DNA of 64,000 nt, taken from assembly GCA_016177025.1 (NCBI GenBank), contig JACOWB010000008.1, forward strand, positions 14,076 through 78,075. Direction: 5' to 3'. Shown here in pieces: positions 48,301 through 56,930 of the stretch. This DNA comes from Candidatus Aenigmatarchaeota archaeon. Its GTDB lineage: Archaea; Aenigmatarchaeota; Aenigmatarchaeia; CG10238-14; SCSR01. The notes under the pieces are model-generated. The model was not told the DNA's origin. It was given only the letters and a program-made list of their open reading frames with translations, and searched no databases. Position numbers and translations under genes: made by a program. The stretch's first letter is position 1; every line of letters starts with the position of its first letter.

Positions 48301-48570
48301 CGGATTTCCATTTGCATCATATTGTGGAACTCCTCGCTTTCTGAAATATTTCTGCGCGAGAATATCCAGTGCAGTCTGCGACCAGAATTTCGGAATTTCA
48401 ACATTGTCCATCTGGAATACAACGGTACCATCAGGGTTTTTTATTAGTGACGTCCTCTTTTCCCATTCAACTGTATCAAAAACATTTTGATCTTCCTTTG
48501 TAAACATCCTTGGTATTTTCAAGCCTTTCTGCTCACCAACAAGCTGAACTCTTTGATCAAGGCCGTCCAT
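45388..48570 (-). CDS. nrdJ: Class II (adenosylcobalamin-dependent) ribonucleotide reductase
   Basis: PNSPQWFN, HACFI, GGTTRRAAKM, TNPCSE, ACNLAS, APTGT, SISKTINMP, TSCPD domain and C-terminal zinc ribbon. Confidence 0.95.
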   Translation of the reverse strand: MDGLDQRVQLVGEQKGLKIPRMFTKEDQNVFDTVEWEKRTSLIKNPDGTVVFQMDNVEIPKFWSQTALDILAQKYFRKRGVPQYDANGNPVLDANGQQILGSETSLKQVIHRLAGCWTWWGKKYNYFATEGDAQAFYDEISYTLLQQFAAPNSPQWFNTGLQWAYGITGSAQGHWYVDPDTKELTQSKDAYSHSQCHACFIQPVRDDLVNEGGILDLAVREARIFKYGSGTGTNFSNLRAKGEHLSGGGTSSGVMSFLKIYDTVAGSIKSGGTTRRAAKMVLLNIDHPEIESFIRWKANEEKKFATLVGAGLVDGYNIESAGEHVFGQNSNNSVRVTDEFMKAVIDDKDWNLTWRTDGRIAKTIKARHLWDAIAQAAWECADPGLQFDTTYNDWHTSPASGRINATNPCSEFAYLDNSACNLASLNVGKFLENGGTFNAETFKHAVRLWTIVLEISILMAQFPSKEIADVTYKTRSLGLGYTNLGSILMLMGIPYDSDKARTIAAAISAIMGGESYATSAELASVLGPFEEFEKNKEYMLRVIKNHRRAVYNAPKEEYEKLSIVPPGIDHTQCPEYLLKTAIESWDRALMLGEQYGYRNAQATLIAPTGTISFVMDADTTGVEPDFALVKFKKLVGGGYFKIVNQSVPHALKNLGYTEDQIKDVLRYMVGSNRFEGVPYINTFTLKRKGITDDDIAKMEKLLPGSLELSFVFNINTLGKDCMERLGIRESQYTEPGFNLLKALGFRDDEIEAANEFICGTQTIEGAPHLKTEHYPIFDCANRCGKKGERYIDYMAHVYMMAAVQPFLSGSISKTINMPNHATVEEIKKVYFESWKLGLKSLALYRDGSKVIQPLNVFKEKKEEMRLERRRLPDERQAIAHKFRVGNQEGYLHVGLFDENTPGEIFITVAKQGSTLRGLLDSFAQAVSIGLQYGVPLKVWVSKHINNRFEPMGWTDNPDIPVAKSIMDYIFRWLAIKFLPKEDLKELGLLNGEKIVIEKEAEDVESQSREIAKLSQFTREKEGFKYDLAGDAPTCHECGGMMVRSGSCYVCTSCGATSGCS

Positions 48571-48576
48571 AAAAAT

Positions 48577-49026
48577 CTATCCTCGTTTAAGTTCTTTAAG
48601 TTCTTTTTCAAAGGATTCTATGTCTTTAAACTTTTTATAGACAGAAGCAAATCTGATGTAAGCAACCTCGTCCAATGTTTTTAATCTCTCACTCACCATG
48701 TCACCAATAATTTTTGATTTTATTTCGGTTGAATCCATGTTCCTTAGTTCGTTCTCGATTTCGTCCACAACTTTTTCTATCTTTTCCTGGTTTATCGGTC
48801 TCTTTTCGCAGGCTTTCATTATCCCTATTCTTATCTTGTTTCTGTCGAAATCTTCCCTGCGACCGTCGCGCTTGATTATTGTCAACGGCACAATCTCTAT
48901 CCGCTCATATGTCGTGAATCTCTTGTGGCATTTATCGCATTCCCTGCGTCTTCTGAACGTTTTGTCGTCGCTGGGACGCTTGTCTATAACTTTTGTATCC
49001 TCGCTGCTGCAGTATGGACAGTTCAT
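48577..49026 (-). CDS. nrdR: Transcriptional repressor NrdR
   Basis: MNCPYC...[18 protein letters not shown] cone, AYIRFASVY. Confidence 0.95.
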   Translation of the reverse strand: MNCPYCSSEDTKVIDKRPSDDKTFRRRRECDKCHKRFTTYERIEIVPLTIIKRDGRREDFDRNKIRIGIMKACEKRPINQEKIEKVVDEIENELRNMDSTEIKSKIIGDMVSERLKTLDEVAYIRFASVYKKFKDIESFEKELKELKRG

Positions 49027-49072
49027 ATGTATAATTGTGTTCCTGGAATTATTTAAACACAACATCTTGTGT
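49025..49072 (-). promoter_or_regulatory. Tandem NrdR boxes flanking an archaeal TATA box
   Basis: ACACAACATCTTGTGT (49057-49072) matches the NrdR-box consensus acaCwAtATaTwGtgt; degenerate box at 49025-49040 is 32 bp away; minus-strand TTTAAATA at 49050-49057. Confidence 0.75.
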
Positions 49073-49171
49073 TTTTAGGCTCTTAGAAGACTTTATGTTC
49101 GACTTAAATACCATTTTCTGTAGAGTAACAATTGTGATTAAGAATCTAAGTTAGAAATTACTTGAATGTAG

Positions 49172-49774
49172 TTAACTTGCTTCAGGCGTTCCTTCGAAAT
49201 CCTTTATTTCGTATTTAAAGTCTTTATCCGATTCTATCTGTCCTCTTTCTTTTAGAATTTCTCGCGCTAACAGCCAGAAAATTGTTGCGAGTGACTTTTT
49301 GCCTTTATTGTTCGCGGGTACAATCAAATCGATGTCCTTCACTTCGTTAAACGTGTCGCACAGAGCCACTATCGGAACGCGTGCCTTGACGGCCTCCTGC
49401 AAAGCCTGTATATCACTTAGCGGATCCACAATCACTATTGCCTGAGCTTCAAAAAAATTTTTGTAAGAAGGGTTTGTGAGTGTGCCTGGCATGAATCTGC
49501 CTGCTACAACATGCGCGTTCACAACCTCTGCAAACTTTTTAATTGCGTCGAATGCAATGGTCTTCCTGGTTACAACCAGTATATTCTCACGTTTGGTCAG
49601 AAATTTTGATGCGGTTTTTATTCTTTCGTCAATCTTACTCAAGTTCAATACAGCAAGCCCGTCTTCCCTAATTTTGTAAATAAAATCCTTCATCTGGTCT
49701 GTCTTTTGCTTCATGCCGATATGTACACCAGATGCTAGGTATTCTTCTTTTGGCATCAAAAGCTTCGTGGGCAT
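49172..49774 (-). CDS. rps2: 30S ribosomal protein uS2
   Basis: YLASGVHIG, GRFMPGTLTNP, PANNKG. Confidence 0.95.
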   Translation of the reverse strand: MPTKLLMPKEEYLASGVHIGMKQKTDQMKDFIYKIREDGLAVLNLSKIDERIKTASKFLTKRENILVVTRKTIAFDAIKKFAEVVNAHVVAGRFMPGTLTNPSYKNFFEAQAIVIVDPLSDIQALQEAVKARVPIVALCDTFNEVKDIDLIVPANNKGKKSLATIFWLLAREILKERGQIESDKDFKYEIKDFEGTPEAS

Positions 49775-49808
49775 GAATATCTTATTGTTGGGGAATGTTT
49801 TTAAAGAT

Positions 49809-50752
49809 TCACTGAATTGCCAGAATAGCCGTATTGCACATGCTGGATGTGCACAACCTTAGGGTGTGTGTTCCTCTTGATAATTGGTTGTATATCTTCA
49901 TTGTTGCTATTTCGCCGGGATTTATTTGCGAGCCTATGTCGTATTCAGCTTTTATTTCTTGTGCTGACAAGGCACGATTATAAATTTTAACTTCATCTAT
50001 CATACCGCTGAAGAATGGTGCTTGCCGATTGCCGCCTATATTAAGTGGGCGTGCTTCATTGGCTATATCACCGGAGGAAAACCAACTTGCTGAGGCCTTT
50101 TGTACGCCACCGACGTAAACCTTGAAGTAGTTGCCTAACTTGGAACCTGTGCAAACGACATGATACCATTGGCCTGTGTTATACTGTGTAGGATCTGTGA
50201 CATATACATAGATTCCTGGAGAGGAGCTTGCAAACTCTCCCATGTATCACTATTTGTTTTTATCCATGTCTCAATGGTGATTTCCTGTGTTATGCCCAAA
50301 GAAGCAGAATGCGGTACTTGTATGTATCCTCCGTTTGATGTGAATCCTGCACCATTTCCGAAATAGCCTGAAGCTGGACTGCCATAGTCAGCTCCGCCTG
50401 TACATGATTTTCCGTTATTATTTTTATCGGAAGAATCTTTTATCGAGTTTGTTGTGCAATCGTTTGTCCAAGAGCTTTCGTCCATCTTCCAATAACCTAC
50501 AAGCGAGGAATCCTGCTTGGATACACGATAAACAGCGTCGTTACCATCTATTTTAACAGACGAAAAGGCATCTATCGGTTCCGTCCCATCATTTCTTATA
50601 ATTACAGTATCGTTTACAGAGTCTACTAATGAAAATGTTGTTGATGTCTTGCCGGTGAATAACCCAGAGACATATAAGTAAGCCGTCCCTGCCAAAGCAA
50701 TCGTGATCGTCAGCATCAGAATAGACGCTATAATAGTAGAAATCGCCTTCAT
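49809..50752 (-). pseudogene. Type IV pilin-like protein with inserted LamG/concanavalin domain, frameshifted near 50240
   Basis: Class III signal KA/ISTIIA, LVGYWKMDE, ITIETWIK in one frame; QWYHVV, FSGMIDEVKIYNRALS and the pilin tail in another. Confidence 0.75.
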
Positions 50753-50761
50753 ATAATACGT

Positions 50762-51565
50762 TTACCCTATGTAGCTTAACTCTTCTTTCCCTTCCTTCCC
50801 TGTTGGCGGCACTTGCTGCTGCATCATCTGACCTATAGCTTTCCTCTGCATTTCTTCTATCTTCTTGATAAATTCCTCCATTTCCTTTACCTTTTCGTCG
50901 AGTTTGCCCATGTTTAGTTTGATGTTCAGCATTTTCATCAAAACTTTCAATACAGCTTCGGCGGCGCGTGGATCTGGCAGAATAGGATAGCCGGATGTCT
51001 CACCAAGCAGACATATCCCTTTCATTCCATAAACTTTACCCAAACCGAGTAGCAGACCGGATGCACCAATTATCGTTCCCACTTTATTTCCGGCATCAAA
51101 AGTAATGCCATAATTCTTGTATTTCTTGTCCAGTCCCTCATCGCTCACAGCACCTATGACCTTAGGCTTTTCCTTGACTTCGCCTATCCCAAGACCGCCG
51201 AGTGTTATCATTTCCTTTACACCAAATTTCTTGATGTAATCAAGAATTTCATGAGAAATCTCGTAATGCCCTTCAGGATCGATGCTCTGCGAATCGCCGA
51301 CAAGTATAATCAAATCTCTCTGCCCTCTGCCCTTGCCTTTCGCATAATAAAACTCGTTCTTGAGCACATGAACAGAGGACGACTGCTGCAAAAGAACATA
51401 ATGCATGAAATGGGATGATAACAATTCTGCAAATTTTTTCGCTTTCAACTCGTCGACAATAAACTGGGCCGTTATTCTGCCGACATGGCCTATTCCCGGC
51501 AGACCTTCGATAAAGAGAGGATCTTTCAATTTGGGTTTTTCAGATTCGAATATTCTTGTTGCCAT
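50762..51565 (-). CDS. PAC2-family proteasome assembly chaperone
   Basis: EGLPGIGHVG, ITLGG, GASGLLLG, GET.GY, PDP; conserved aIF2a-nop10-PAC2 order. Confidence 0.9.
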   Translation of the reverse strand: MATRIFESEKPKLKDPLFIEGLPGIGHVGRITAQFIVDELKAKKFAELLSSHFMHYVLLQQSSSVHVLKNEFYYAKGKGRGQRDLIILVGDSQSIDPEGHYEISHEILDYIKKFGVKEMITLGGLGIGEVKEKPKVIGAVSDEGLDKKYKNYGITFDAGNKVGTIIGASGLLLGLGKVYGMKGICLLGETSGYPILPDPRAAEAVLKVLMKMLNIKLNMGKLDEKVKEMEEFIKKIEEMQRKAIGQMMQQQVPPTGKEGKEELSYIG

Positions 51566-51587
51566 ATCACTTATTTGTCTTCATATC

Positions 51588-51740
51588 TTATTTAAATTGT
51601 TTACCCAGGCGTCTGTATTTGCCGTATACATCTTCAGGTGAATACTTCGGAGGGTTCGGATTTTTTGCATTATTTCCGCATTTGGGGCAGAGCTGCTTGA
51701 AAGTGTACACGTTGCAATTGGTACATTTGTTGAGCTTCAT
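51588..51740 (-). CDS. nop10: H/ACA RNP protein Nop10
   Basis: KCTNCNVYTFKQLCPKCG...PPKYSPEDVYGKYRR; not in the ORF track. Confidence 0.92.
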   Translation of the reverse strand: MKLNKCTNCNVYTFKQLCPKCGNNAKNPNPPKYSPEDVYGKYRRLGKQFK

Positions 51741-52507
51741 TACATCATACTATAAGTTGCATTTACATTGGATCTGTCAGCCTCTGATATGATCTTTTGG
51801 ATGTCCTGTTCGAACTTCCTTGTATCAGATTTAGGATTTTTTGTTTTGAGGCCAAGTCTGTATTTCGGGGCCGATATGTAAGAGACTGATACGCCACTTT
51901 TCTCAAGACTTTGCAACAGTTTCTTGATTCTTTCCACACCATCACCTTCATAACTCACCATCTGAAGCTCGGCTTTTATCTCGAACTCTTTTTCCACGAA
52001 AGCTTTTTCGAGAATTTTCTTTATAGCATCATGCCATTTCTGTGGTATCCCAAGTTCTGACAATACGGATGGTGATTTGTTAATCTCCTCGAAACCTGAA
52101 TAAATGTCGCCGAATTCTTCCTGCAATTTGAATCCTATCTGCTCTCGAGCATCATCAATTGATATGCCCAACTCCTTTGACATAACTTTTAGGATACCGA
52201 AGCCACGTTGTTCTTTCTTGAATTCATTCCATTTATTTCTCTCCTCGCTTCTCGATACTCGCTTCAAGCTTAGGTTGAGCACGTTTGCTTGCGGATCCAC
52301 TTTAACAACTTTTGCAACATACTGCTTGTTCGGCTTGATGAACTTCTTGATGTCGTGCACCCACTTGCCAGCAGCCTCGGAAATGTGAATCATGCCTTCG
52401 AGGTTCTGGTATTCGTCAAGAGAGCACCATGCAGCAAACTGGCTGATTCTTCTGGCTGTGCAAAAAACCAATTCCCCGAATTTTGGATATCCCTGTTTTG
52501 TCGTCAT
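51740..52507 (-). CDS. eif2a: Translation initiation factor aIF2 alpha
   Basis: S1 domain LDEY...GMIHISE, LSLKRV, GVERIK, SAPKY. Confidence 0.92.
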   Translation of the reverse strand: MTTKQGYPKFGELVFCTARRISQFAAWCSLDEYQNLEGMIHISEAAGKWVHDIKKFIKPNKQYVAKVVKVDPQANVLNLSLKRVSRSEERNKWNEFKKEQRGFGILKVMSKELGISIDDAREQIGFKLQEEFGDIYSGFEEINKSPSVLSELGIPQKWHDAIKKILEKAFVEKEFEIKAELQMVSYEGDGVERIKKLLQSLEKSGVSVSYISAPKYRLGLKTKNPKSDTRKFEQDIQKIISEADRSNVNATYSMM

Positions 52508-52560
52508 TGTCTCATCTTTACTATTCAACAGATATTATTTTAAACGTTTAATCTATTTGT

Positions 52561-53313
52561 ATGGTACTGCTTGCTATCTTAGGAATAGTCTTTGCGATAA
52601 GCATAGCTGCTTTAATCGGCGGGATTCTCCTTCTTTACAAAAAGTCTTGGGCGATGTTCCTTTCAAAATACTTAATAAGCTTCGCCATAGGATCTCTGCT
52701 TGGTGTAGCGTTTTTAGATCTCTTGCCGGAAGCTGTCGAACTACAGTCTGCGGGAAATGTTCTTGTCTATTCTCTTCTCGGCATAATCGTATTCTATCTA
52801 GGTGAAAGAACTCTTCTCTGGTACCACCACCACTCGCTTGAACACATTACCGAACATGGAAAATCGCACCCTGAAGAAGAAAAGGCGCATCCTGTCGGAT
52901 ATCTCATTACAATTGGCGATGCCTTTCATAATTTCTTGGATGGTGTGATTATCGCCGCTAGCTTTTTGGTAGACATGAAATTAGGACTTTTAACCTCGAT
53001 GGCTGTTTTGTTCCACGAACTACCGCAAGAGATAGGGGATTTTGCAATAATGCTCCATGCAAAATTGAGCAGATTTAGGGTGTTCGCTTATAACCTTTTG
53101 GCGCAACTTACAGCTGTATTGGGGGCTCTGCTTGGTTTCTATTATTTGCCTGTATTTGGAAATTTCGAAGCTGGAATGCTGGCATTTGCTGCAGGCGGGT
53201 TCATCTACATAGCTGCTACAGATCTTTTGCCTGAAACCCATAGAGAAAGAAGACTTGGAAAGTCATTATTGCAATTTGCGATCTGGTATATGGGGCAGAT
53301 ATTTCCTGAGTGA
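52561..53313 (+). CDS. ZIP-family metal transporter
   Basis: DLLPEA, His-rich loop, HNFLDG, HELPQEIGD, AGGFIYIA. Confidence 0.9.
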   Translation: MVLLAILGIVFAISIAALIGGILLLYKKSWAMFLSKYLISFAIGSLLGVAFLDLLPEAVELQSAGNVLVYSLLGIIVFYLGERTLLWYHHHSLEHITEHGKSHPEEEKAHPVGYLITIGDAFHNFLDGVIIAASFLVDMKLGLLTSMAVLFHELPQEIGDFAIMLHAKLSRFRVFAYNLLAQLTAVLGALLGFYYLPVFGNFEAGMLAFAAGGFIYIAATDLLPETHRERRLGKSLLQFAIWYMGQIFPE

Positions 53314-53351
53314 ACTTTATAAGCATGAGCTGTAAATCAGTATCTGATGAC

Positions 53352-54917
53352 ATGTCTATAGTGCCGAACAAAGAGAACAAGAATATTGAATTCAAGGAGA
53401 AGCTGAGTAGTGCAACTCATCTGAAACAGGATAAAAAACAGCACCTTGCTTCCCAAATGAAATACCTGTTGGAAATTGGCAGGGGTACTGCTGTATACGT
53501 GATTGGCGTTGACGACGACGGCAAGACAAAGGGGTTAACCGAATTGGAATTTGAAGAGACGTTGAATGTTCTGAAAGTTGTGGCATCAGAAAATAATGCT
53601 AATGTTGCCAAAATTGAGAAATTCGCTGATAATGGAAATCTCCTTGGAAAGATTGTGATTAACAAAGCTTATACAAACGGGTTCAAATCGCACATAGTCA
53701 TTGCAAGCAGCGGCCATGTAAACCACGGCAAATCTACATTAATAGGAACTTTGATGACTGGAAAGCAGGACACCGAGTTGAAGAATTGGTTGTTTCTTGA
53801 CACTTTACCGCATGAAATTGAAAGAAACCTGTCTGCTGATTTGCATTACGCACTGTTGGGATTCAAGGACAACAAACCTCTGCATTTGAAAAATCCTTTG
53901 GACAAAAAAGAAAGAAGCAGAGTTGTCGAGCAATCCGACAAGATGATCAGTTTTGTCGATGCGCCTGGACATGAAGGATTCCTCAGGACAGCAATTCGTG
54001 GAGTAGTCGGACAAGATATTGATTACGGGATGTTAGTAGTAGCCGCTGACGATGGTGTGATGAATATGACCAAGGAACACCTTGGGCTGTTGCTAGCGGT
54101 AAATCTGCCTGTAATAGTTTGCATTACAAAAGTTGACAAAATCGGTAAAAGAAAAATTGAAGAAACAGAATTACAAATGGAGGAATTATTAAAACATGTC
54201 GGTAGGGTTCCTTACTTGGTAAAGGACGAGAATGACTTGAACGTTGTTATTGACAAGCTTGACACAATCGTTCCGATAATAAGAACTTCCGCAGTAACCT
54301 TGGAAGGGTATGATATTTTGAATAAGACTTTGTTAGCATTGCCAGAAAGGAGAAGAAATCTTGACAAACCTTTCCTGATGTTCATCGACAAGATATACAA
54401 TGTATCTGGTGTTGGGACTGTAATCTCTGGGACCATCAAGCAGGGAAGGCTGCAGGCTGGAAGTGAATTGTTGTTAGGACCAGATGCGACAGGAAAGATG
54501 AAGAAAGTCAAAGCTCCTAGTATTGAAATGCATTACCATAGGCTGGCAGAGGCTGACACAGGATTTGTAGTTGGAGTTGCATTGAGAGGAGTGAATTATG
54601 ATGACGTTAAGAGAGGAATGATACTTTGCTCGCCGGAATTAAGCCCGAGCCCTGCGAAGAATTTCGAGGCCGAAGTTCTGATTCTTACGCATCCGACAAG
54701 GATAACAAATGGATACGAGCCGGTAATTCACTTGTTTACAGTAGGTGAATCTGCTAAGGTCGAATTAATTGACAAGGAATATTTGAAATCTGGGGAAAAT
54801 GGGAAAATTAGATTTGCTTTCAAGTATTCGCCACATTATCTGGAAGAAGGGGACAGATTCATTTTCAGGGAAGGCAAGACTAAAGGAATCGGGACTATAA
54901 CCAAGATTTTAAATTAA
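53352..54917 (+). CDS. GTPBP1-like translational GTPase with N-terminal AlbA-like domain
   Basis: NIEFKE/YVIGVDDDG N-domain, GHVNHGKST, DAPGHE, TKVD, EF-Tu-like domains II/III. Confidence 0.85.
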   Translation: MSIVPNKENKNIEFKEKLSSATHLKQDKKQHLASQMKYLLEIGRGTAVYVIGVDDDGKTKGLTELEFEETLNVLKVVASENNANVAKIEKFADNGNLLGKIVINKAYTNGFKSHIVIASSGHVNHGKSTLIGTLMTGKQDTELKNWLFLDTLPHEIERNLSADLHYALLGFKDNKPLHLKNPLDKKERSRVVEQSDKMISFVDAPGHEGFLRTAIRGVVGQDIDYGMLVVAADDGVMNMTKEHLGLLLAVNLPVIVCITKVDKIGKRKIEETELQMEELLKHVGRVPYLVKDENDLNVVIDKLDTIVPIIRTSAVTLEGYDILNKTLLALPERRRNLDKPFLMFIDKIYNVSGVGTVISGTIKQGRLQAGSELLLGPDATGKMKKVKAPSIEMHYHRLAEADTGFVVGVALRGVNYDDVKRGMILCSPELSPSPAKNFEAEVLILTHPTRITNGYEPVIHLFTVGESAKVELIDKEYLKSGENGKIRFAFKYSPHYLEEGDRFIFREGKTKGIGTITKILN

Positions 54918-55315
54918 ATGCAAAAAACGACTCCCGATGCAGATGATCCCCCAGCGGAGACTATAATGTTATTGTTACCGTCAGATCCTGTTACTGTATT
55001 GTCACATGTTGCTCTGCCGCCGGCAGCTAAGGTTCCTGTAGCCGAACATGAAACAGACGGGATAACGCCTCCTGTGGAGTTCGCCCCTGTTATTATGACT
55101 GATGACAATGGCAACGATGATGTCCCTGAATTTCTAACTCCAATTGTTATCACATCGGTAGTTGCATCACATTGGGTGATACTTGCGTCTACCTCCAGTA
55201 TAACTGCTATCCTTTGTGTAGTTGTTCCTGAAATAAAAGTGTATGCCAGTCCTCCCAGTGCCAGAACAATGACGAGAATCATCAAAGTGGCTATTATGGT
55301 AGATACACCTTTCAT
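54914..55315 (-). CDS. Archaeal type IV pilin
   Basis: MKG/VSTIIATLMILVIV class III signal, VRNSG, short beta-rich body. Confidence 0.8.
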   Translation of the reverse strand: MKGVSTIIATLMILVIVLALGGLAYTFISGTTTQRIAVILEVDASITQCDATTDVITIGVRNSGTSSLPLSSVIITGANSTGGVIPSVSCSATGTLAAGGRATCDNTVTGSDGNNNIIVSAGGSSASGVVFCI

Positions 55316-55381
55316 AAAATAATATTGCATAATATTGTATATAAGCTCTTCTGCTTTATGGGTTAGGCTTAAAAAGATTTA

Positions 55382-56671
55382 CTAACCCACAACCGCAGTC
55401 CCACCCGCATGGTGGCTGACTCTTGGACGTATATTGACCGTGAATATCTTTTCCAAGTTATCATCGAGAATTACGGCTGACCCTGGCGTGCGTGGCAATC
55501 TGTTTAGATACTTCTCCAATTCCTCTTGGACATAAGTCTGCATCACTGCGTGAAGAGATTCCAAGTCATCCCGGCTTGTCAATCTAAAAGATATCACAGT
55601 GTCTGTTTGGGATATCACATCCTGGTGGACTTTAGCAGGCATCTGGGTTATGCAAATCAGTCCTACCCCAGGTTCTCTTCCCTCCTTCGCTATTCGTTTG
55701 ATATCTGCGCTTGAACTGACATCCTTGTCATTTGGGATGAAATTGTGGCTCTCCTCAAAAACCAACCACGTCATTGGAAATTTTATATTCTGCCTCTCGC
55801 CCGTGATTTTCGCTACTTCCTCTTCTTTCCTCGACAGAATTCTTTGGTGTAGAATTTCCCTTGTGATTAATCCTGCAACTAATGTCCTTACTTCTTGAGA
55901 CTTCAGTCGCGAAAAATCAAAAACTATCACCTCACCAGGCTTAATTAATTCGCTAACTCTAGTCCCCTCTCTTTTAATTATGCCCCATTGAGACAGCACA
56001 TCCAACAAACTTGTTAGCGCATCTTTAGTTTCCTTTTTTGCTTTTGCATCGCTTGTGATTGAATCGATTAAATCGTCTAAACCGAATGTTTTATCAGCTT
56101 CCAACAGAGAATTGAAATTCTTTTCCAGAGTAACAGCGAATTCACTTGTTCTTTCCAAATTAAATGCGAGGATTAAATCTTCAGCTGTCAAGTCGCTCAA
56201 GGATATACTAATTGTACCGTCAACTGGTATCTCAGCTTTCTCATATTCTTCTAGCTGTTTTTCAGGAACGTAAATCTTTATTTTATCGAATCCTTTCGGT
56301 TCAAGTTCCCAGTTGTTTAATAATTGAATTTGAGTCTCGTTTGGAAATTTCATGCTCCAATAAATACCCACAGGGTCGAAAACGACAAATGCCATCTTCT
56401 GACGGAATCCTTCTGGCAGTGAGAGAAATTCTTCTAAAATCACTGATGCGGAATAAGACTTGCCCGACCCACGTTTACCGGCAACTAGAATTACATGCGG
56501 TTTTAACAAATCGATATATACTTTTGTTGTCAGATGCGCATCTTCACCAGTACCAACTATATGCTTGCCGATATATCCTGTAGCTTTATTGCCGAATTTT
56601 TCATAGTCTTCCTTTGTTCTGCCTACAATGGTTTCAGTGACTATTGAGAATGGTTTCTCTTCTGAAGGCAT
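55382..56671 (-). CDS. HerA/FtsK-family (DUF87) ATPase
   Basis: HVILVAGKRGSGKSY, FDPVG, EESHNF, EGREPG, ITQMP. Confidence 0.85.
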   Translation of the reverse strand: MPSEEKPFSIVTETIVGRTKEDYEKFGNKATGYIGKHIVGTGEDAHLTTKVYIDLLKPHVILVAGKRGSGKSYSASVILEEFLSLPEGFRQKMAFVVFDPVGIYWSMKFPNETQIQLLNNWELEPKGFDKIKIYVPEKQLEEYEKAEIPVDGTISISLSDLTAEDLILAFNLERTSEFAVTLEKNFNSLLEADKTFGLDDLIDSITSDAKAKKETKDALTSLLDVLSQWGIIKREGTRVSELIKPGEVIVFDFSRLKSQEVRTLVAGLITREILHQRILSRKEEEVAKITGERQNIKFPMTWLVFEESHNFIPNDKDVSSSADIKRIAKEGREPGVGLICITQMPAKVHQDVISQTDTVISFRLTSRDDLESLHAVMQTYVQEELEKYLNRLPRTPGSAVILDDNLEKIFTVNIRPRVSHHAGGTAVVG

Positions 56672-56711
56672 ATATAAAGAATTTAACTTCAAATCAAATA
56701 TTGTTCTTGTT

Positions 56712-56797
56712 GGGGACTTGGTATAACTTGGTTAGAATTCGACCTTGGGGTTAAGGACAGATTGGTCGCGATCCGAGTTCAAATCTCGGGGTCCCCA
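56712..56797 (+). tRNA. tRNA-Pro(GGG) with 12-nt intron at 37/38 (56751-56762)
   Basis: Acceptor GGGGACT/GGTCCCC-A, anticodon stem CGACC/GGTCG, loop TTGGGG, T-arm CCGAG-TTCAAAT-CTCGG. Confidence 0.88.
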
Positions 56798-56832
56798 TTA
56801 ATTTTAAAAGCCAAACTGTGTATCATTCTTAG

Positions 56833-56920
56833 GGGGTTGTGGTCTAACTTGGTATGACACCAGCCTTGGGAAGTTACTCAAGAACGCTGGAGGTTCAGGG
56901 TTCAAATCCCTGCGACCCCA
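56833..56920 (+). tRNA. tRNA-Pro(TGG) with 14-nt intron at 37/38 (56871-56884)
   Basis: Acceptor GGGGTTG/CGACCCC-A, stem CCAGC/GCTGG, loop CTTGGG, intron CAAG pairs with CTTG (BHB helix), T-arm CAGGG-TTCAAAT-CCCTG. Confidence 0.92.
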
Positions 56921-56930
56921 TTTAATAATT

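Noticed and set aside
45388-48570. Intein in nrdJ
   Set aside because: No C/S...HN-C/S/T splice motifs or endonuclease insert were recognised; the length fits the long NrdJ subtype.
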